64,000 nt of DNA from Anaerolineaceae bacterium (GTDB lineage: Bacteria > Chloroflexota > Anaerolineae > Anaerolineales > Villigracilaceae), in contig QZIJ01000131.1 of assembly GCA_003598975.1 (NCBI GenBank), positions 23,360 through 87,359 on the forward strand, in the 5' to 3' direction. The notes under the pieces were generated by a model. That model was given only the letters and a program-made list of their open reading frames with translations. It was not told where the DNA came from and did no database searches. The first letter of the stretch is position 1, and each line of letters begins with the position of its first letter. Shown here piece after piece: positions 1 to 9,997 of this stretch. Made by a program: the position numbers and the translations under genes.

Positions 1-1
1 C

Positions 2-517
2 AAAGCCATGGCCGACTTTCCCTTCACCCTCGACATCAGTCACATGGACGAGCCTGCTGCGCTTCAGTCATTGGACTTTTACGAAGGGCCTGTGGTTGCC
101 ACGCACGGAAATTGCCTCGCGCTCCTGCCCAACTACGCCACCAATCGCCAGTACTCTGACCGCGTTCTGCGCGGACTCATCCAGCGCGGGGGCGTGGTCG
201 GACTTGTTCCGTATAACGCTTTCCTCAAGGTGGGATGGTTGCGCACCAGCGGAAGCCGCCGCGAGGAAGTTTCCCTTGCCAATCTTGCCGACCACATTGA
301 CCATGTCTGCCAGTTGGCAGGGGACACTCGTCACGCGGGTATCGGCTCCGATTTCGACGGTGGATTTGGGTTACAATCTGTCCCGCCAGAAATAGACACA
401 ATTGCCGACCTTCACAAACTGACCGATTTCCTCCAGCCACGCGGCTACTCAGACTCTGACATCGAGTCCATTCTCGGCGGTAACTGGCTCCGTTATTTGC
501 AGGAGAATCTGCCCTGA
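2..517 (+). CDS. Membrane dipeptidase (peptidase M19 family), 5'-truncated by window edge
   Basis: LDISH, ATHGN, NRQ, GIGSDFDG and ILGGNW motifs; frame is open to the window start. Confidence 0.85.
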   Translation, partial: KAMADFPFTLDISHMDEPAALQSLDFYEGPVVATHGNCLALLPNYATNRQYSDRVLRGLIQRGGVVGLVPYNAFLKVGWLRTSGSRREEVSLANLADHIDHVCQLAGDTRHAGIGSDFDGGFGLQSVPPEIDTIADLHKLTDFLQPRGYSDSDIESILGGNWLRYLQENLP

Positions 518-1011
518 TGACTTCTTCTAAACCCAACCGCTCCCCTCTGCCTGATGTTTCTTCACAAGACCCGCCCTCACGCACGCGCGTCCGCTTTGGG
601 CTGATCATCATCGTGCTGGGATTCTTCATCCTGATTATCGGTGCAAAGCCTGCCTGGTTTGGCTGGGACAATAGTCCCACCGTCGGTTTTATTCAAGTCT
701 CCATTCTGCTGGTGGGGCTGGGCATCCTTTGCCTCGGTGGATATGTGGGATTGCTTGCCCTGTGGAAGGGACGCGAACGATCCATCGCCGCAGACATCGG
801 GATGCGGCTGGTTGCCACGGGATACGTTGTCTCCGTCTTCGCGGGTATGGCGGATTTGTTTGGGATGGGAACACAAGTTGGTCCCGATGGAGCATTCTTT
901 GGTCCGCTTCAATCGCGGGGTATCATTGTTGGGCAGGTCATTATCGCGATTGGATTTTTGCTTTTGATCCCGTTCCGCAAGAAATCAGGTGAAGAAGAAA
1001 AACTCCCGTGA
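517..1011 (+). CDS. Hypothetical membrane protein (about 4 TM helices)
   Basis: TGATG overlap with upstream stop; four hydrophobic segments. Confidence 0.75.
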   Translation: MTSSKPNRSPLPDVSSQDPPSRTRVRFGLIIIVLGFFILIIGAKPAWFGWDNSPTVGFIQVSILLVGLGILCLGGYVGLLALWKGRERSIAADIGMRLVATGYVVSVFAGMADLFGMGTQVGPDGAFFGPLQSRGIIVGQVIIAIGFLLLIPFRKKSGEEEKLP

Positions 1012-1030
1012 CAAGCGGGAGATTTTCTTT
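1000..1030 (+). terminator. Probable intrinsic terminator
   Basis: CTCCCG-TGACAAG-CGGGAG hairpin followed by ATTTTCTTT. Confidence 0.55.
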
Positions 1031-1036
1031 GAAAAC

Positions 1037-1058
1037 AAAAACCGCCTCATAGGCGGTT
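1037..1058 (-). terminator. Probable terminator after tRNA-Glu
   Basis: AACCGCCT-CAT-AGGCGGTT hairpin with a T-run on the minus strand. Confidence 0.6.
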
Positions 1059-1064
1059 AGTTTG

Positions 1065-1137
1065 TGCCCCCACGGGGATTCGAACCCCGGTCGTAGCCTT
1101 GAAAGGGCTGCGTCCTAGTCCACTAGACGATGGGGGC
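1065..1137 (-). tRNA. tRNA-Glu (anticodon TTC); CCA not encoded
   Basis: Reverse complement GCCCCCATCGTCTAGTGGACTAGGAC...CT-TTC-AA...GGTTCGAATCC...TGGGGGCA folds as a cloverleaf. Confidence 0.95.
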
Positions 1138-1225
1138 ATTTTGCTGCGGCGACATGAAGCCGCCCACACTAAAGCGGGCGGGATTTTATCATCCACACCC
1201 TTAAACGGTCAAGCGATTTTACAAA

Positions 1226-1771
1226 TCAACTTTGCGCTTTGACGCGTTGTCCCTGCAGGGCAAGGATATCCACCTGTGTGCGGTTGAACAACATGCCCGG
1301 GCTTTCGACGCGCAGGGTGGGGATAAGCACGGCTGTCAATGTGGCATCAAAGATGGGGACAAAATCGCGCGAACCCTCTGCCATGAGTGCGGAGAAATCG
1401 AATCGACCTGGATACTCCACCTTCCCCTCGATCTCGTAGACCTGGGTGGTCACCCGCACGGGATACTCGGTGACGGAGGCAAATCCGCCGCGCACCACCG
1501 CTTGTGGACCGAGATCTTCGCGGCGGGCGAGGGCAATGGCAAACACCTGCCGTTTGAACATGCGGATCACTTCATAATGATCCACCAGTTTGGTGGGCAT
1601 GTGGATGCGCGCCAGGCGGGCATCCAATACCTCCATGTAGGAGTGGGTGGGATCGTTCATCAATCCCATGACGCCGTTGGTGGAGACGGTCACTTTGCCG
1701 ACCACACGGTAACTCGATGTGAGAATGTCGGCGGGCAGGAAGCGGTGCGTGCGGGGGGCAGTGTCCATCAT
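1226..1771 (-). CDS. Hypothetical protein with two internally repeated beta-rich halves (DUF6812-like)
   Basis: Two similar segments (DILTSSYRVVGKV / RVTTQVYEIEGKV); native codon usage; GAGGAG RBS. Confidence 0.7.
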   Translation of the reverse strand: MMDTAPRTHRFLPADILTSSYRVVGKVTVSTNGVMGLMNDPTHSYMEVLDARLARIHMPTKLVDHYEVIRMFKRQVFAIALARREDLGPQAVVRGGFASVTEYPVRVTTQVYEIEGKVEYPGRFDFSALMAEGSRDFVPIFDATLTAVLIPTLRVESPGMLFNRTQVDILALQGQRVKAQS

Positions 1772-1788
1772 ACGCGGCGAACTCCTCG

Positions 1789-2091
1789 TCAGGTTTGGTC
1801 GGGGCTGGGACGCGAGGACTCAGGCCGAGGTCGGGCGCGAGGCGAAACACGCTTACGCACGGTGGGGCGTCCTGCGTTTGGGTTGAGGAGCATGGTCAGC
1901 CACGAGATGGCTTTTTGATCATACTCGCGTCGTCCGCACACGTCACATATCCAGGCGGGGAAGTTCGGCACGGTAAGAAGTTCCTCGTTCAGCCACGTGA
2001 AGTAGGTGATAAAACGCATGTGCATGTGACCCGAACCGCATTCAGTGCATGGAAATGGCTCAGGCAGGGGGGGAGTGGTTTCTTCGATCAT
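1789..2091 (-). CDS. YgiT-type zinc finger protein
   Basis: CTECG...VPNFPAWICDVCG; start moved to ATG 2091, downstream of TATAAT and AAGGA. Confidence 0.8.
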   Translation of the reverse strand: MIEETTPPLPEPFPCTECGSGHMHMRFITYFTWLNEELLTVPNFPAWICDVCGRREYDQKAISWLTMLLNPNAGRPTVRKRVSPRARPRPESSRPSPDQT

Positions 2092-2196
2092 GCAGTCCTT
2101 TGGATGCCTATTATACCCAGTTGCGGGGGAATGCGGTTTGCAATTCTGTGTACGGGGTTGTTGTAAATTCCAAGCCGCATTCCACACAGGATGGGG

Positions 2197-3687
2197 CTAT
2201 GCTTTGAAGATCAAATCGAGATATTTCTTCAGCATATCACTCACCAGCCCGCGCATTGGGATGGTGGACGCCATCCCATAGACCGGGGCCATTGTCCCTT
2301 TTTCTTCGGGGTGCGCCTTGACATGTTCCACCGCCTCGCGCAGGTCGGCGACGAATCGCTCCGCGACGCCGGGCTGGGTGTGCCGCAGCGTGACGCACAG
2401 GTGGACGCAGGTCGGTTTGTGCAGTCCGTTCAGGCTCCACTTTTTGTGAGACATGAAATCGAGCACCTTGTACACGTCAATCGAATCGGACGCGAACGCC
2501 ACCACGAAGAGCGGGTCGCCCAACACGCGCAACTCGGGGATTTGGCGGATCCCTTCCTTGACCTTCGCGGCGGTTTCCAAAATCCGCTTCGTCGCGTCGA
2601 GATAACCTTGCTCGCCGATGGAAGTCAACGCGGCCCAGCACGCGGCGGAGAGCGCACCGGGACGACTGCCCGCGAACGTGGGCGAGAAGTACAGTCCGCC
2701 CGGCCAATCACTGGCAGTGTAATACTGGTAATGCAGTAAATCCAGCCCGCGGTACAGGACGACCGAGGTCCCTTTCGCCGCGTAGCCGTACTTGTGCGTA
2801 TCCGCAGACATAGAGGTGACTCCCGCCAAACGGAAATCGAACTTCGGGACGGGGTAGCCGAGCCGTTCCGCCCACGGAAGGACGAATCCGCCGAGACACG
2901 CGTCCGTGTGGAAGCCGATTCCGTGCTGGCGCGCCAACTCGGATAGTTCCTCGATCGGGTCGATCGCGCCGTGCGGGAAAGAGGGCGCGGAGCCGACGAT
3001 GACGATTGTGTTCTTGTTGATGGCCTTTTTCGCGGCGGACACGTCCGCGTGGAAATTTTCGTCAACGGGGATGTGGACGGTCTTGATGTTGAAATATTGA
3101 CTGGCCTTGTCGAACGCGGCGTGCGCGGTGATGGGGACGATCATCTCTGGCTGGGTGATGCCCTTCGTGGCACGCGCCCAATCGCGGTAGGTCTTCATTG
3201 CCAGCATGATGCTTTCCGTCCCGCCCGAGGTGACCGTGCCGTGGACATCCCGCTCGCTGAGCGAAGTCGAAGCACCGTCGCCGCCCAGCATGTGGGTGGT
3301 CATTGCCACGATCTCGGCTTCGAACTTTGTCGCACTCGGCCACACGTCCGCATGGAGGGGATTGGCTTGCGAATTGATGGCGTAGACTTGATTCAAAAAT
3401 TCGATGTGCTCCGTGTCCCCGTGATAGACCGCGCCCGAGACGAAACCGTCCTTCCAGGTTTCCTCCTCGTGGTCGCGCATGGCTTGCATGTCGCGCAAAA
3501 TTTCTGCGCGGGCGCGTCCCATTTCGGGAATGCGCGTGAACGCGGGGAATTTTCCCTTGTACGGCTTGACGGAACTTTCCAGTCCATCCATCATGCTGTC
3601 GTATTCTTTTTCGATTTTTTTACTCACGCCAGGGACGGCTTTGATGACTTTTTCGGCTTGTTTGAAGAAGAGGTCTTTGAGGGACAT
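2197..3687 (-). CDS. PLP-dependent lyase/decarboxylase, sphingosine-1-phosphate lyase-like
   Basis: [38 protein letters not shown] (PLP Lys), GSRPG motifs. Confidence 0.85.
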   Translation of the reverse strand: MSLKDLFFKQAEKVIKAVPGVSKKIEKEYDSMMDGLESSVKPYKGKFPAFTRIPEMGRARAEILRDMQAMRDHEEETWKDGFVSGAVYHGDTEHIEFLNQVYAINSQANPLHADVWPSATKFEAEIVAMTTHMLGGDGASTSLSERDVHGTVTSGGTESIMLAMKTYRDWARATKGITQPEMIVPITAHAAFDKASQYFNIKTVHIPVDENFHADVSAAKKAINKNTIVIVGSAPSFPHGAIDPIEELSELARQHGIGFHTDACLGGFVLPWAERLGYPVPKFDFRLAGVTSMSADTHKYGYAAKGTSVVLYRGLDLLHYQYYTASDWPGGLYFSPTFAGSRPGALSAACWAALTSIGEQGYLDATKRILETAAKVKEGIRQIPELRVLGDPLFVVAFASDSIDVYKVLDFMSHKKWSLNGLHKPTCVHLCVTLRHTQPGVAERFVADLREAVEHVKAHPEEKGTMAPVYGMASTIPMRGLVSDMLKKYLDLIFKA

Positions 3688-3705
3688 GGATTACTTCACT
3701 TTCTC

Positions 3706-3856
3706 AACCCCGTAGGGGTGGAAGGATTGTAGATTGGGATGTTGTACGGTCATAACCCCGAAGGGGTGGCATTCCCCCCGCGCACATCATGTCATCCTTT
3801 GGGATTACATCATCCGCGCTTTCCGCCAGTTACAATCATTCCATCCCTTCGGGATT
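3706..3856. repeat. REPIN-like composite palindrome (CCCCGnAGGGGTG type)
   Basis: Two AACCCCG(T/A)AGGGGTG units followed by two inverted degenerate copies (CATCCTTTGGGATT, CATCCCTTCGGGATT). Confidence 0.7.
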
Positions 3857-5424
3857 TACACGCGATTCAACCGTGCGAAAATCTTTTTGTTGCTCTCGTA
3901 GAGTGCCACGAATTCCGCAAACATTTCATCGTAGAGTTTGCGGTTGGCGGGATTTGGCTGGTACGTCTTTGCGACGGGCACATACTTGCCGATGTCCTCG
4001 TATTGGATGAATCCCAGCGCCGCGGAGGCGAGCAGCGCCGCGCCGCGCACGTTGACTTCGATGGGGTCCTTCATCTGGCGGATGGGACGGTCCATCACAT
4101 CCGCCATGATCTGGCACCAGATGTCGGATTTCGCACCGCCGCCGACCATGTTCACCGCCTCGGCGCGTCGACCGTTGAACTGCTCCACGTATTTCAACAG
4201 CCAGCGCGAGTTGAAGGCCACGCCCTCGAACACAGAGCGGACCATATCTCCACGCGACGAGGACAGGGACAGGTTGAAGAATCCGCCGCGCGCGTAACGG
4301 TCGTCAATGGGAGCGCGCTCGCCGTAGAGCCACGGCAGGAATAGGACGCGTCCACTGCCCGCGGGGGTGTGCGCGACCACCTCGTCGAAGAGGCGATAGG
4401 CGTTCTTGGGCTTCTCGCCATCGCCAAGCGCGTCCTTGTGGAAGAGTACGTTGTCGCGCAGGAAGGTCAGGCAGACGCCAGCACATTCCTGTGCGTTGGT
4501 CTGCAAATATCGTCCGGGGATGGCGGACGGAAGCGAAGCCAGCCCGTGGAAGATGTCGGTCTTTTTGAACGGGACGTGGCAGGTCAGCCACGAGGATGTC
4601 CCGATGTAGACGTGCGACTCGAAGTCCCGCACCGCGCCCGAACCGATGGAGGCGGAGTGGATGTCTGGTGAGCCGACCACCACTTTGACATCCTCGCGCA
4701 GTCCCCAGGCGCGCGCCACGTCAGCGTGGAGGGGGCCGAGGATCGAGTTGGCCGCTTGAAGGTCGGGAAGTTTCGAGCGGTCGAGTCCCGCGAGGCGGAT
4801 GAGTCCGTCGTCGTATTTCACGTTCGAGATGTCGCGGTTGTCGGTCAGCCAGTGGAGCGTGATCGAGTCGAACGAGGCGGCCATCCGTCCCGTCAGGCGG
4901 AATCCGATGTAGTCAATCGGCTCGAGGAATTTGTGTGTGCGTTGGTAGATTTCGGGATGGACGTGTTTGAGGTATAGGATGTGGGCAATTGGGTCTTTCC
5001 CCGAGACGGCGGGCGCGCCGGCCGTGAGACGGATCCAGCGGAGGAGTTTGCCCGGCGCGTAGCCTGAGAGCGGACCGCCCGCCATCTGGTGAATGTACGG
5101 CGCGCCGCGCGAGTCCATCCAGATGACCGCGTTGCCGATGGCGTTCCCGTCCGCGTCCACCGCCACCGTCCCCGACCATTGACCTGTGGAGGAGATGGCA
5201 ACGATGTCCTCGGCCGGGACAAGGCCGCGGGCGAGCAGTCGTTTGGCGGCTTTGTCCACCGCCTGCCACCATTCGTCGGGAACTTGTTCCGCGCCGCCGT
5301 CTTCGAAGAGCAGGAGGCGCACCTCCTCGAACTCACCGCCCAGCAATTCCCCCTGAGTGGAAAACAAAGCGACTTTCGGCCCCGATGTTCCCAAATCAAT
5401 CGCGAGAATGAATTTGTCGGTCAT
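3856..5424 (-). CDS. FGGY-family carbohydrate kinase (xylulokinase-like)
   Basis: LAIDLGTSGPK, YIGTSSW, GERAP, GGGAKS; ATG 5424 follows AGGAGG. Confidence 0.9.
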   Translation of the reverse strand: MTDKFILAIDLGTSGPKVALFSTQGELLGGEFEEVRLLLFEDGGAEQVPDEWWQAVDKAAKRLLARGLVPAEDIVAISSTGQWSGTVAVDADGNAIGNAVIWMDSRGAPYIHQMAGGPLSGYAPGKLLRWIRLTAGAPAVSGKDPIAHILYLKHVHPEIYQRTHKFLEPIDYIGFRLTGRMAASFDSITLHWLTDNRDISNVKYDDGLIRLAGLDRSKLPDLQAANSILGPLHADVARAWGLREDVKVVVGSPDIHSASIGSGAVRDFESHVYIGTSSWLTCHVPFKKTDIFHGLASLPSAIPGRYLQTNAQECAGVCLTFLRDNVLFHKDALGDGEKPKNAYRLFDEVVAHTPAGSGRVLFLPWLYGERAPIDDRYARGGFFNLSLSSSRGDMVRSVFEGVAFNSRWLLKYVEQFNGRRAEAVNMVGGGAKSDIWCQIMADVMDRPIRQMKDPIEVNVRGAALLASAALGFIQYEDIGKYVPVAKTYQPNPANRKLYDEMFAEFVALYESNKKIFARLNRV

Positions 5425-5458
5425 GCCTGCCTCCTGTCGCCATTTTACTCCAACAAAA

Positions 5459-5488
5459 TCAGACCGCGTTTTGGGGAACGCGGTCTGA
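5459..5488 (-). terminator. Intrinsic terminator
   Basis: 12-bp stem TCAGACCGCGTT/AACGCGGTCTGA followed by TTTTG on the minus strand. Confidence 0.65.
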
Positions 5489-5519
5489 GTGTGAAGGTGT
5501 CGGTTGAAAATTGCGCGAG

Positions 5520-5672
5520 TTATAAGTGACGCAAAGCAAACACTACGGACGCGGCCCACGCCAGCACTTTGAATTCTCCATTTGCCAACGTCGCTTCGAT
5601 TTTGGTGCGCGTCAGGAAGATCATCTTTTGTTCTTCGAGGTCGTCCGCGTCCTGTATGTTAATGTAGCGTTG
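5520..5672 (-). pseudogene. Probable 3' remnant of a NUDIX hydrolase gene
   Basis: Translates as QRYINIQDADDLEEQKMIFLTRTKIEATLANGEFKVLAWAASVVFALRHL*, resembling NUDIX C-termini; no Nudix box; followed by a terminator. Confidence 0.5.
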
Positions 5673-6320
5673 TTAGCGAAAACTTTCGATCATTTCTAAA
5701 TAAACCTGTGTCAGCCTGTCGTGATTCCTGCCATTAGAAGTCCCGAAGAACATGTACGCCTTGCCATCTGCACCTATTCTGGCGTACCAATCCTCGAAGG
5801 TTGATGAATTCGTGGAAAAGATAACAAAACGCCAGGTCAATCCATTAAATGTTTTGGTGCCTTCGGAGATGATTTCCTTGAGGTTTCCCTTCTCTCTCTG
5901 GCTAGCAAGCGTGTCATCGATCAACGCCCTTTCACTGCGAACGGTATTGTAAACCGTGATGAGAACCCATGTATTAGCTTCATTTGCACTTTGGAATACC
6001 GTATATGCCTGCTCTTCGAGAAGCAGCCAATTCGATGGATACTGAATGGAGTAATTCCACTGAGCGTTCGTATAGGCCAACATAGACGGTGTGGGCACCA
6101 GTGTGTGCGTGGGCAGACGCGTCAATGTCGGTGTCAGGGTTGGTTTGGGAGTTTTGCTCGGCTGTGGCGTGAGGGTGGGAGCTTGAAAAGTTTGCGTTTG
6201 GGCGATGCTGACTGCAGATTCGGTTGCTTGTGCATTGAGGTCTGCTTGAGTGGGGCCACAGGCAACCAGATTGATGCAAACTACCAAGAACAGCAGTACG
6301 TTTCCTGTTTTCTTTTGCAT
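5673..6320 (-). CDS. Lipoprotein with PT-rich linker and PsbP/Mog1-like domain
   Basis: Lipobox LVAC; TPTLT repeats; YSIQYPSNW; ends MIESFR; visibly AT-richer than its neighbours. Confidence 0.75.
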   Translation of the reverse strand: MQKKTGNVLLFLVVCINLVACGPTQADLNAQATESAVSIAQTQTFQAPTLTPQPSKTPKPTLTPTLTRLPTHTLVPTPSMLAYTNAQWNYSIQYPSNWLLLEEQAYTVFQSANEANTWVLITVYNTVRSERALIDDTLASQREKGNLKEIISEGTKTFNGLTWRFVIFSTNSSTFEDWYARIGADGKAYMFFGTSNGRNHDRLTQVYLEMIESFR

Positions 6321-6520
6321 CTTGATTTTCCTTTTTACATCTGCCACCCAACTCTTGTTTATTCCGATAGATTCTTTGCCTCAATGTCTTGAGTTGAGCA
6401 CCATATTCAATATACAGTGTGGGAATCTGGGAAAGCAAGTGCCATTTGACATAATCATCTTGGGCAATAATACCCAACCTCAATAAATTAAGGTGGTGAT
6501 CCAGTGTAAGTGATAATCTT

Positions 6521-6580
6521 CGTAGGGCGGGATGGAATCCCGTCGATTTCCGAGTATGCGAAATGCCATTCCGTACCACA
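6521..6580. repeat. Degenerate GTAG-type REP doublet
   Basis: GTAGGGCGGGATGGAATCCCG ... GCGAAATGCCATTCCGTACCAC. Confidence 0.45.
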
Positions 6581-6608
6581 TCACTTACTTGTATACCATT
6601 ACCAATTA

Positions 6609-6640
6609 CAACAGGCCGCGCCTCCTTGACGCGGCCTGTT
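6609..6640 (-). terminator. Terminator-like hairpin (copy 2)
   Basis: AACAGGCCGCG-CCTCCTTGA-CGCGGCCTGTT. Confidence 0.6.
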
Positions 6641-6658
6641 GTATCGAACAAACCAGAT

Positions 6659-6844
6659 TTATCGAGATTTTCTTTTTGCTCGTGGCAGTGCAATGACAAT
6701 CAAAACAACGAGCGCCAATGGTCCGAATAAGATTCCGTAAAGTTCAAATACCTGTTTCATCATGCCAGGGAACATGAAGAATAGAACCATGCCAATTACA
6801 ACAAGAATAACAAGATTTCTTACAAAGTCTTTGATGAATTGCAT
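6659..6844 (-). CDS. Small 2-TM membrane protein (61 aa)
   Basis: AAGGAG RBS; two hydrophobic helices; basic C-terminus. Confidence 0.7.
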   Translation of the reverse strand: MQFIKDFVRNLVILVVIGMVLFFMFPGMMKQVFELYGILFGPLALVVLIVIALPRAKRKSR

Positions 6845-6864
6845 GTTGGGCTCCTTCAGGTTTT

Positions 6865-6897
6865 CAAAACAGGCCGCGCCTCACCGACGCGGCCTGA
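6865..6897 (-). terminator. sdh operon terminator (copy 1 of the duplicated hairpin)
   Basis: CAGGCCGCG stem followed by TTTT on the minus strand. Confidence 0.65.
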
Positions 6898-6929
6898 CTG
6901 ATTACTGAAAACTGATCACCGATTACTGG

Positions 6930-7637
6930 CTACTCGATCTTCCCCGTAATCGTCGCTATCTTCAACTCGCCGATTAACTTCGTGATGGGAATCTCACGTG
7001 GACAAGCCAGGGTGCAGTTGAAGGCGGTGTGACAGCGCGCCAGTCCGCTCGTCTCGCTGACGATTTCCATGCGTTCGCTCGCAGCCTCGTCGCGGCTGTC
7101 AAAGATGAAGCGGTGGGCGGTCACCAGCGCGGCGGGACCGAGATAATCGTCACTGGCCCAGAACGACGGGCAGGAGGTGGTACAACACGCGCACAAAATA
7201 CATTTGGTGCCCTCGTCGAAGATGGCGCGTTGCTCGGGACTTTGCAGGCGCTCCTTCCCGTCCGCGGGAAGAGGCGAGTCATTGATGAACCACGGCAGGA
7301 CCTTTTTGTAATTCTCGAAGAACGGTTCCATGTCCACGATCAGGTCTTTGATGATCTTCATGCCGAGGATGGGCTCGACGGTGATGTTCGTTCCAATATC
7401 GCGCACCAAAACCTTGCAGGCCAGATAATTTCGCCCATTGATGCGCAGCGCGTCCGAGCCGCACACGCCGTGCGCGCACGAACGACGGAAGGAGAGCGTG
7501 CCGTCGTTGTAGCCCTTCACCTTTTCGAGCAGGTCGAGCACGCGGTCGGTCTCTTCGCCTTCGAGGGTGTAGGTTTCGTAGTGGAAGGTCGAGTCCACTT
7601 CGGGGTTGTAGCGGAAAATTTTTAGTGTGATCTGCAT
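6930..7637 (-). CDS. sdhB: Succinate dehydrogenase iron-sulfur subunit
   Basis: SCAHGVCGSD, CILCACCTTSCP and CHTAFNCTLACP Fe-S motifs. Confidence 0.95.
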   Translation of the reverse strand: MQITLKIFRYNPEVDSTFHYETYTLEGEETDRVLDLLEKVKGYNDGTLSFRRSCAHGVCGSDALRINGRNYLACKVLVRDIGTNITVEPILGMKIIKDLIVDMEPFFENYKKVLPWFINDSPLPADGKERLQSPEQRAIFDEGTKCILCACCTTSCPSFWASDDYLGPAALVTAHRFIFDSRDEAASERMEIVSETSGLARCHTAFNCTLACPREIPITKLIGELKIATITGKIE

Positions 7638-7653
7638 GAACGTCTCCTGTTTG

Positions 7654-7740
7654 TACACGGATGACACGGAAGGCAGGGATTCTCACGGATTATTTTTAAT
7701 TCTTTCCGTGTTCATCCGTAAAATCTGTGAAATCCGTGTA
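7654..7740. repeat. Palindromic repeat of CACGGAT/ATCCGTG units
   Basis: TACACGGATGACACGGA ... TCCGTG...ATCTGTGAAATCCGTGTA; same family at 10399, 13739 and 34533. Confidence 0.7.
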
Positions 7741-7757
7741 CCGATCTCATCGCCTCA

Positions 7758-9551
7758 CTAATAAACGCGCGCCTTCGGCTGATACTTCGTGATGGTCACG
7801 GGCTTGTAGTCAATGGCCGTCTTGCCATCCTTCCACCACGCGAGCGTATGCTTGAGCCAGTTCACATCGTCGCGGTTCGGGAAATCCTCGCGCGAATGTC
7901 CGCCGCGCGATTCCTGTCGGTTCAACGCGCACTCGGCCACCACTTCCGCGATCTCGAGCATACAGCCAAGTTCCCAGGCGTTGAGCATTTCGGTGTTGAA
8001 GATTTTGCCCGTGTCCGTCACTTTGACTTGCTTGTAGCGCTCCCTCAACTCGCGGACTTTTTCGATGGCAATCTTCATCCCCTTTTCGGAGCGATAAATG
8101 CCGACCTCGTCGAACATGACTTTCTTCATTTCGACGGCGATATCGAACGCGTTCTCTTTGCCTGACCCATTGCGGAGCGCCTCAAACGCGGACCTGGTAG
8201 CGGCTTCCGCGTCGACGGGCAGTTTCCCAAATTCGGCCTGGTTCGCGTACTCCGCGGCTTTGAGTCCCGCGTACTTCCCGAAGACCACCAAATCGAGCAG
8301 GGAATTCGTCCCGAGGCGGTTCGCCCCGTGGACGGAGACGCACGCGCACTCACCCGCCGCGTACAGTCCAGGCATGACCGTGTTCTTATCGTCAATGACC
8401 ACTTCGCCGTATTTATTTGTCGGGATGCCGCCCATCGTGTAATGTGCGGTCGGCTGGATCGGCATCATCTGCGTCACAGGGTCAATGCCGAGGTAGACGC
8501 GGTTGAAGTCCACGATATCGGGTAGTTTTGCCAGCAATTGCTCACCAGTGATGGTGTATGGTGTCCCGTCAATGTTGGTGCGCCCGTCTAGCGCGGCATA
8601 CTTGACGATGCTCTCAGGCCGCGCGTCCAGCCAGACATAGTTCTTGCCGTCCACGCCGCGTCCCTCGCGGATTTCCGTATAAATGGCGCGGCTGATGACG
8701 TCGCGCGAGGCCAGGTCTTTCACCGTCGGCGCGTACTTGGGCATGAAGCGTTCGCCCTGTCCGTTGATGAGGATGCCGCCCTCGCCGCGCACGCCCTCGG
8801 TGATGAGGATGCCGAGTTTATAAATGCCCGTCGGATGGAACTGGAAGAATTCCATATCCTCCATAGGAATGCCGCGCCGCATGGCAATCGCGATCCCGTC
8901 GCCAGTGTAGGCGTAGGCATTGGACGTCACCTCGAAGATGCGGCCATGTCCGCCCGTGGCGATGATGACCGACTTGGCGTGGAAGGTGTGCAGTTCGCCG
9001 TCCGCGAGATTGACGGCCACCACGCCGACGGCTTTTCCGTCCACGATGAGCAAGTCAAGGACTTGATACTCATCGAAGAAATTGACTTTGTTTTTGAGAC
9101 ACTGCTGGTACAGCGTTTGCAAGATCATGTGTCCCGTGCGGTCGGCGGCGTGGGCCGCGCGTCGGACGGGTTTCCCTGTCTCGTTGTTGGTGTGACCGCC
9201 GAATGGTCGCTGGGAAATCTTGCCGTCGGGGGTACGGTCGAAGGGCAGTCCCATGTGCTCCAGTTCCAGCACAGCCTGGGGCGCTTCCTCGCACATGAAC
9301 TCGATGGCATCCTGGTCGCCCAAATAATCCGAGCCTTTGACCGTGTCGTAGGTGTGCCACTCGGGACGGTCTTCCTCGATGTTGCCGAGCGCCGCGCCGA
9401 TGCCGCCTTGCGCCGCGCCTGTGTGCGAACGCGTGGGATACAGTTTGCTGATGACCGCCGTTTTGGCGGTGCGCGAGGCGTAGAGCCCAGCCATCAGTCC
9501 CGCGCCGCCCGCTCCGACAACTACCACGTCAAATTGATGAATGTTTGCCAT
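7758..9551 (-). CDS. sdhA: Succinate dehydrogenase flavoprotein subunit
   Basis: [16 protein letters not shown] (covalent FAD His), QFHPTG, HGANRLG. Confidence 0.97.
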   Translation of the reverse strand: MANIHQFDVVVVGAGGAGLMAGLYASRTAKTAVISKLYPTRSHTGAAQGGIGAALGNIEEDRPEWHTYDTVKGSDYLGDQDAIEFMCEEAPQAVLELEHMGLPFDRTPDGKISQRPFGGHTNNETGKPVRRAAHAADRTGHMILQTLYQQCLKNKVNFFDEYQVLDLLIVDGKAVGVVAVNLADGELHTFHAKSVIIATGGHGRIFEVTSNAYAYTGDGIAIAMRRGIPMEDMEFFQFHPTGIYKLGILITEGVRGEGGILINGQGERFMPKYAPTVKDLASRDVISRAIYTEIREGRGVDGKNYVWLDARPESIVKYAALDGRTNIDGTPYTITGEQLLAKLPDIVDFNRVYLGIDPVTQMMPIQPTAHYTMGGIPTNKYGEVVIDDKNTVMPGLYAAGECACVSVHGANRLGTNSLLDLVVFGKYAGLKAAEYANQAEFGKLPVDAEAATRSAFEALRNGSGKENAFDIAVEMKKVMFDEVGIYRSEKGMKIAIEKVRELRERYKQVKVTDTGKIFNTEMLNAWELGCMLEIAEVVAECALNRQESRGGHSREDFPNRDDVNWLKHTLAWWKDGKTAIDYKPVTITKYQPKARVY

Positions 9552-9564
9552 GTAACGATAACTC

Positions 9565-9996
9565 CTACGCAGTCCAAATGACGTACACGCCGATGCCGAT
9601 CATCGCCAGCATAAAGACGATGCTGATGAAGCGGACAATGCTTCGCCCGCGCGGGCTGACGATGTAATCATCCGCGATGACGACCAGTCCATGCACGCCG
9701 TGAGCAGTCGCGACCAGTACCAGCGCGCTGGCGACGAATCTCCAGAACGGAGTGGCCCACGGAGCCAGGTCAGGGACGTCCGTGCTGAGGACGTGGGTGT
9801 TGTTGGGCATGAAGCCCCAGCGTAACACGTCGGCCAGGTTCATCTGGTTGCGCGCGCCCATCACCAGCGCGCCGATGATGGCGAAGAGGATCAGCGCGTA
9901 CATGGCCAGCGCCGAAAGCCGCGTGAAAATCCACATCAGCATTTCGAAGTTGAGTCCGCGTTTCGTCAGGGGAAGGGATTTTGATTTGGTCGCCAT
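9565..9996 (-). CDS. sdhD: Succinate dehydrogenase membrane anchor subunit
   Basis: WIFTRLS...HGVHGL...DY pattern; position in operon; GGAGG RBS. Confidence 0.8.
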   Translation of the reverse strand: MATKSKSLPLTKRGLNFEMLMWIFTRLSALAMYALILFAIIGALVMGARNQMNLADVLRWGFMPNNTHVLSTDVPDLAPWATPFWRFVASALVLVATAHGVHGLVVIADDYIVSPRGRSIVRFISIVFMLAMIGIGVYVIWTA

Positions 9997-9997
9997 G

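Noticed and set aside
1065-1137. tRNA-Glu as an integration site
   Set aside because: No duplicated tRNA 3' end or integrase seen, and the flanking genes look native.
1789-2091. YgiT zinc finger as an MqsA-type antitoxin of a TA pair
   Set aside because: No HTH domain and no adjacent toxin-like ORF.
5673-5675. Stop-codon readthrough or recoding fusing the lipoprotein to the downstream frame
   Set aside because: The stop is TAA, not TGA or TAG, there is no SECIS-like element, and the in-frame register has a 1-in-3 chance probability.
5660-6352. Integron-cassette signature around the lipoprotein (GTTGGGT upstream, GCTAAC at the stop)
   Set aside because: The two core sites are not complementary, no full attC hairpin follows, and no integrase is present; 7-mers arise by chance.
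5980-6699. 239-aa minus-strand ORF
   Set aside because: Runs through a terminator, a REP and two better-supported genes in other frames; no RBS or motifs.
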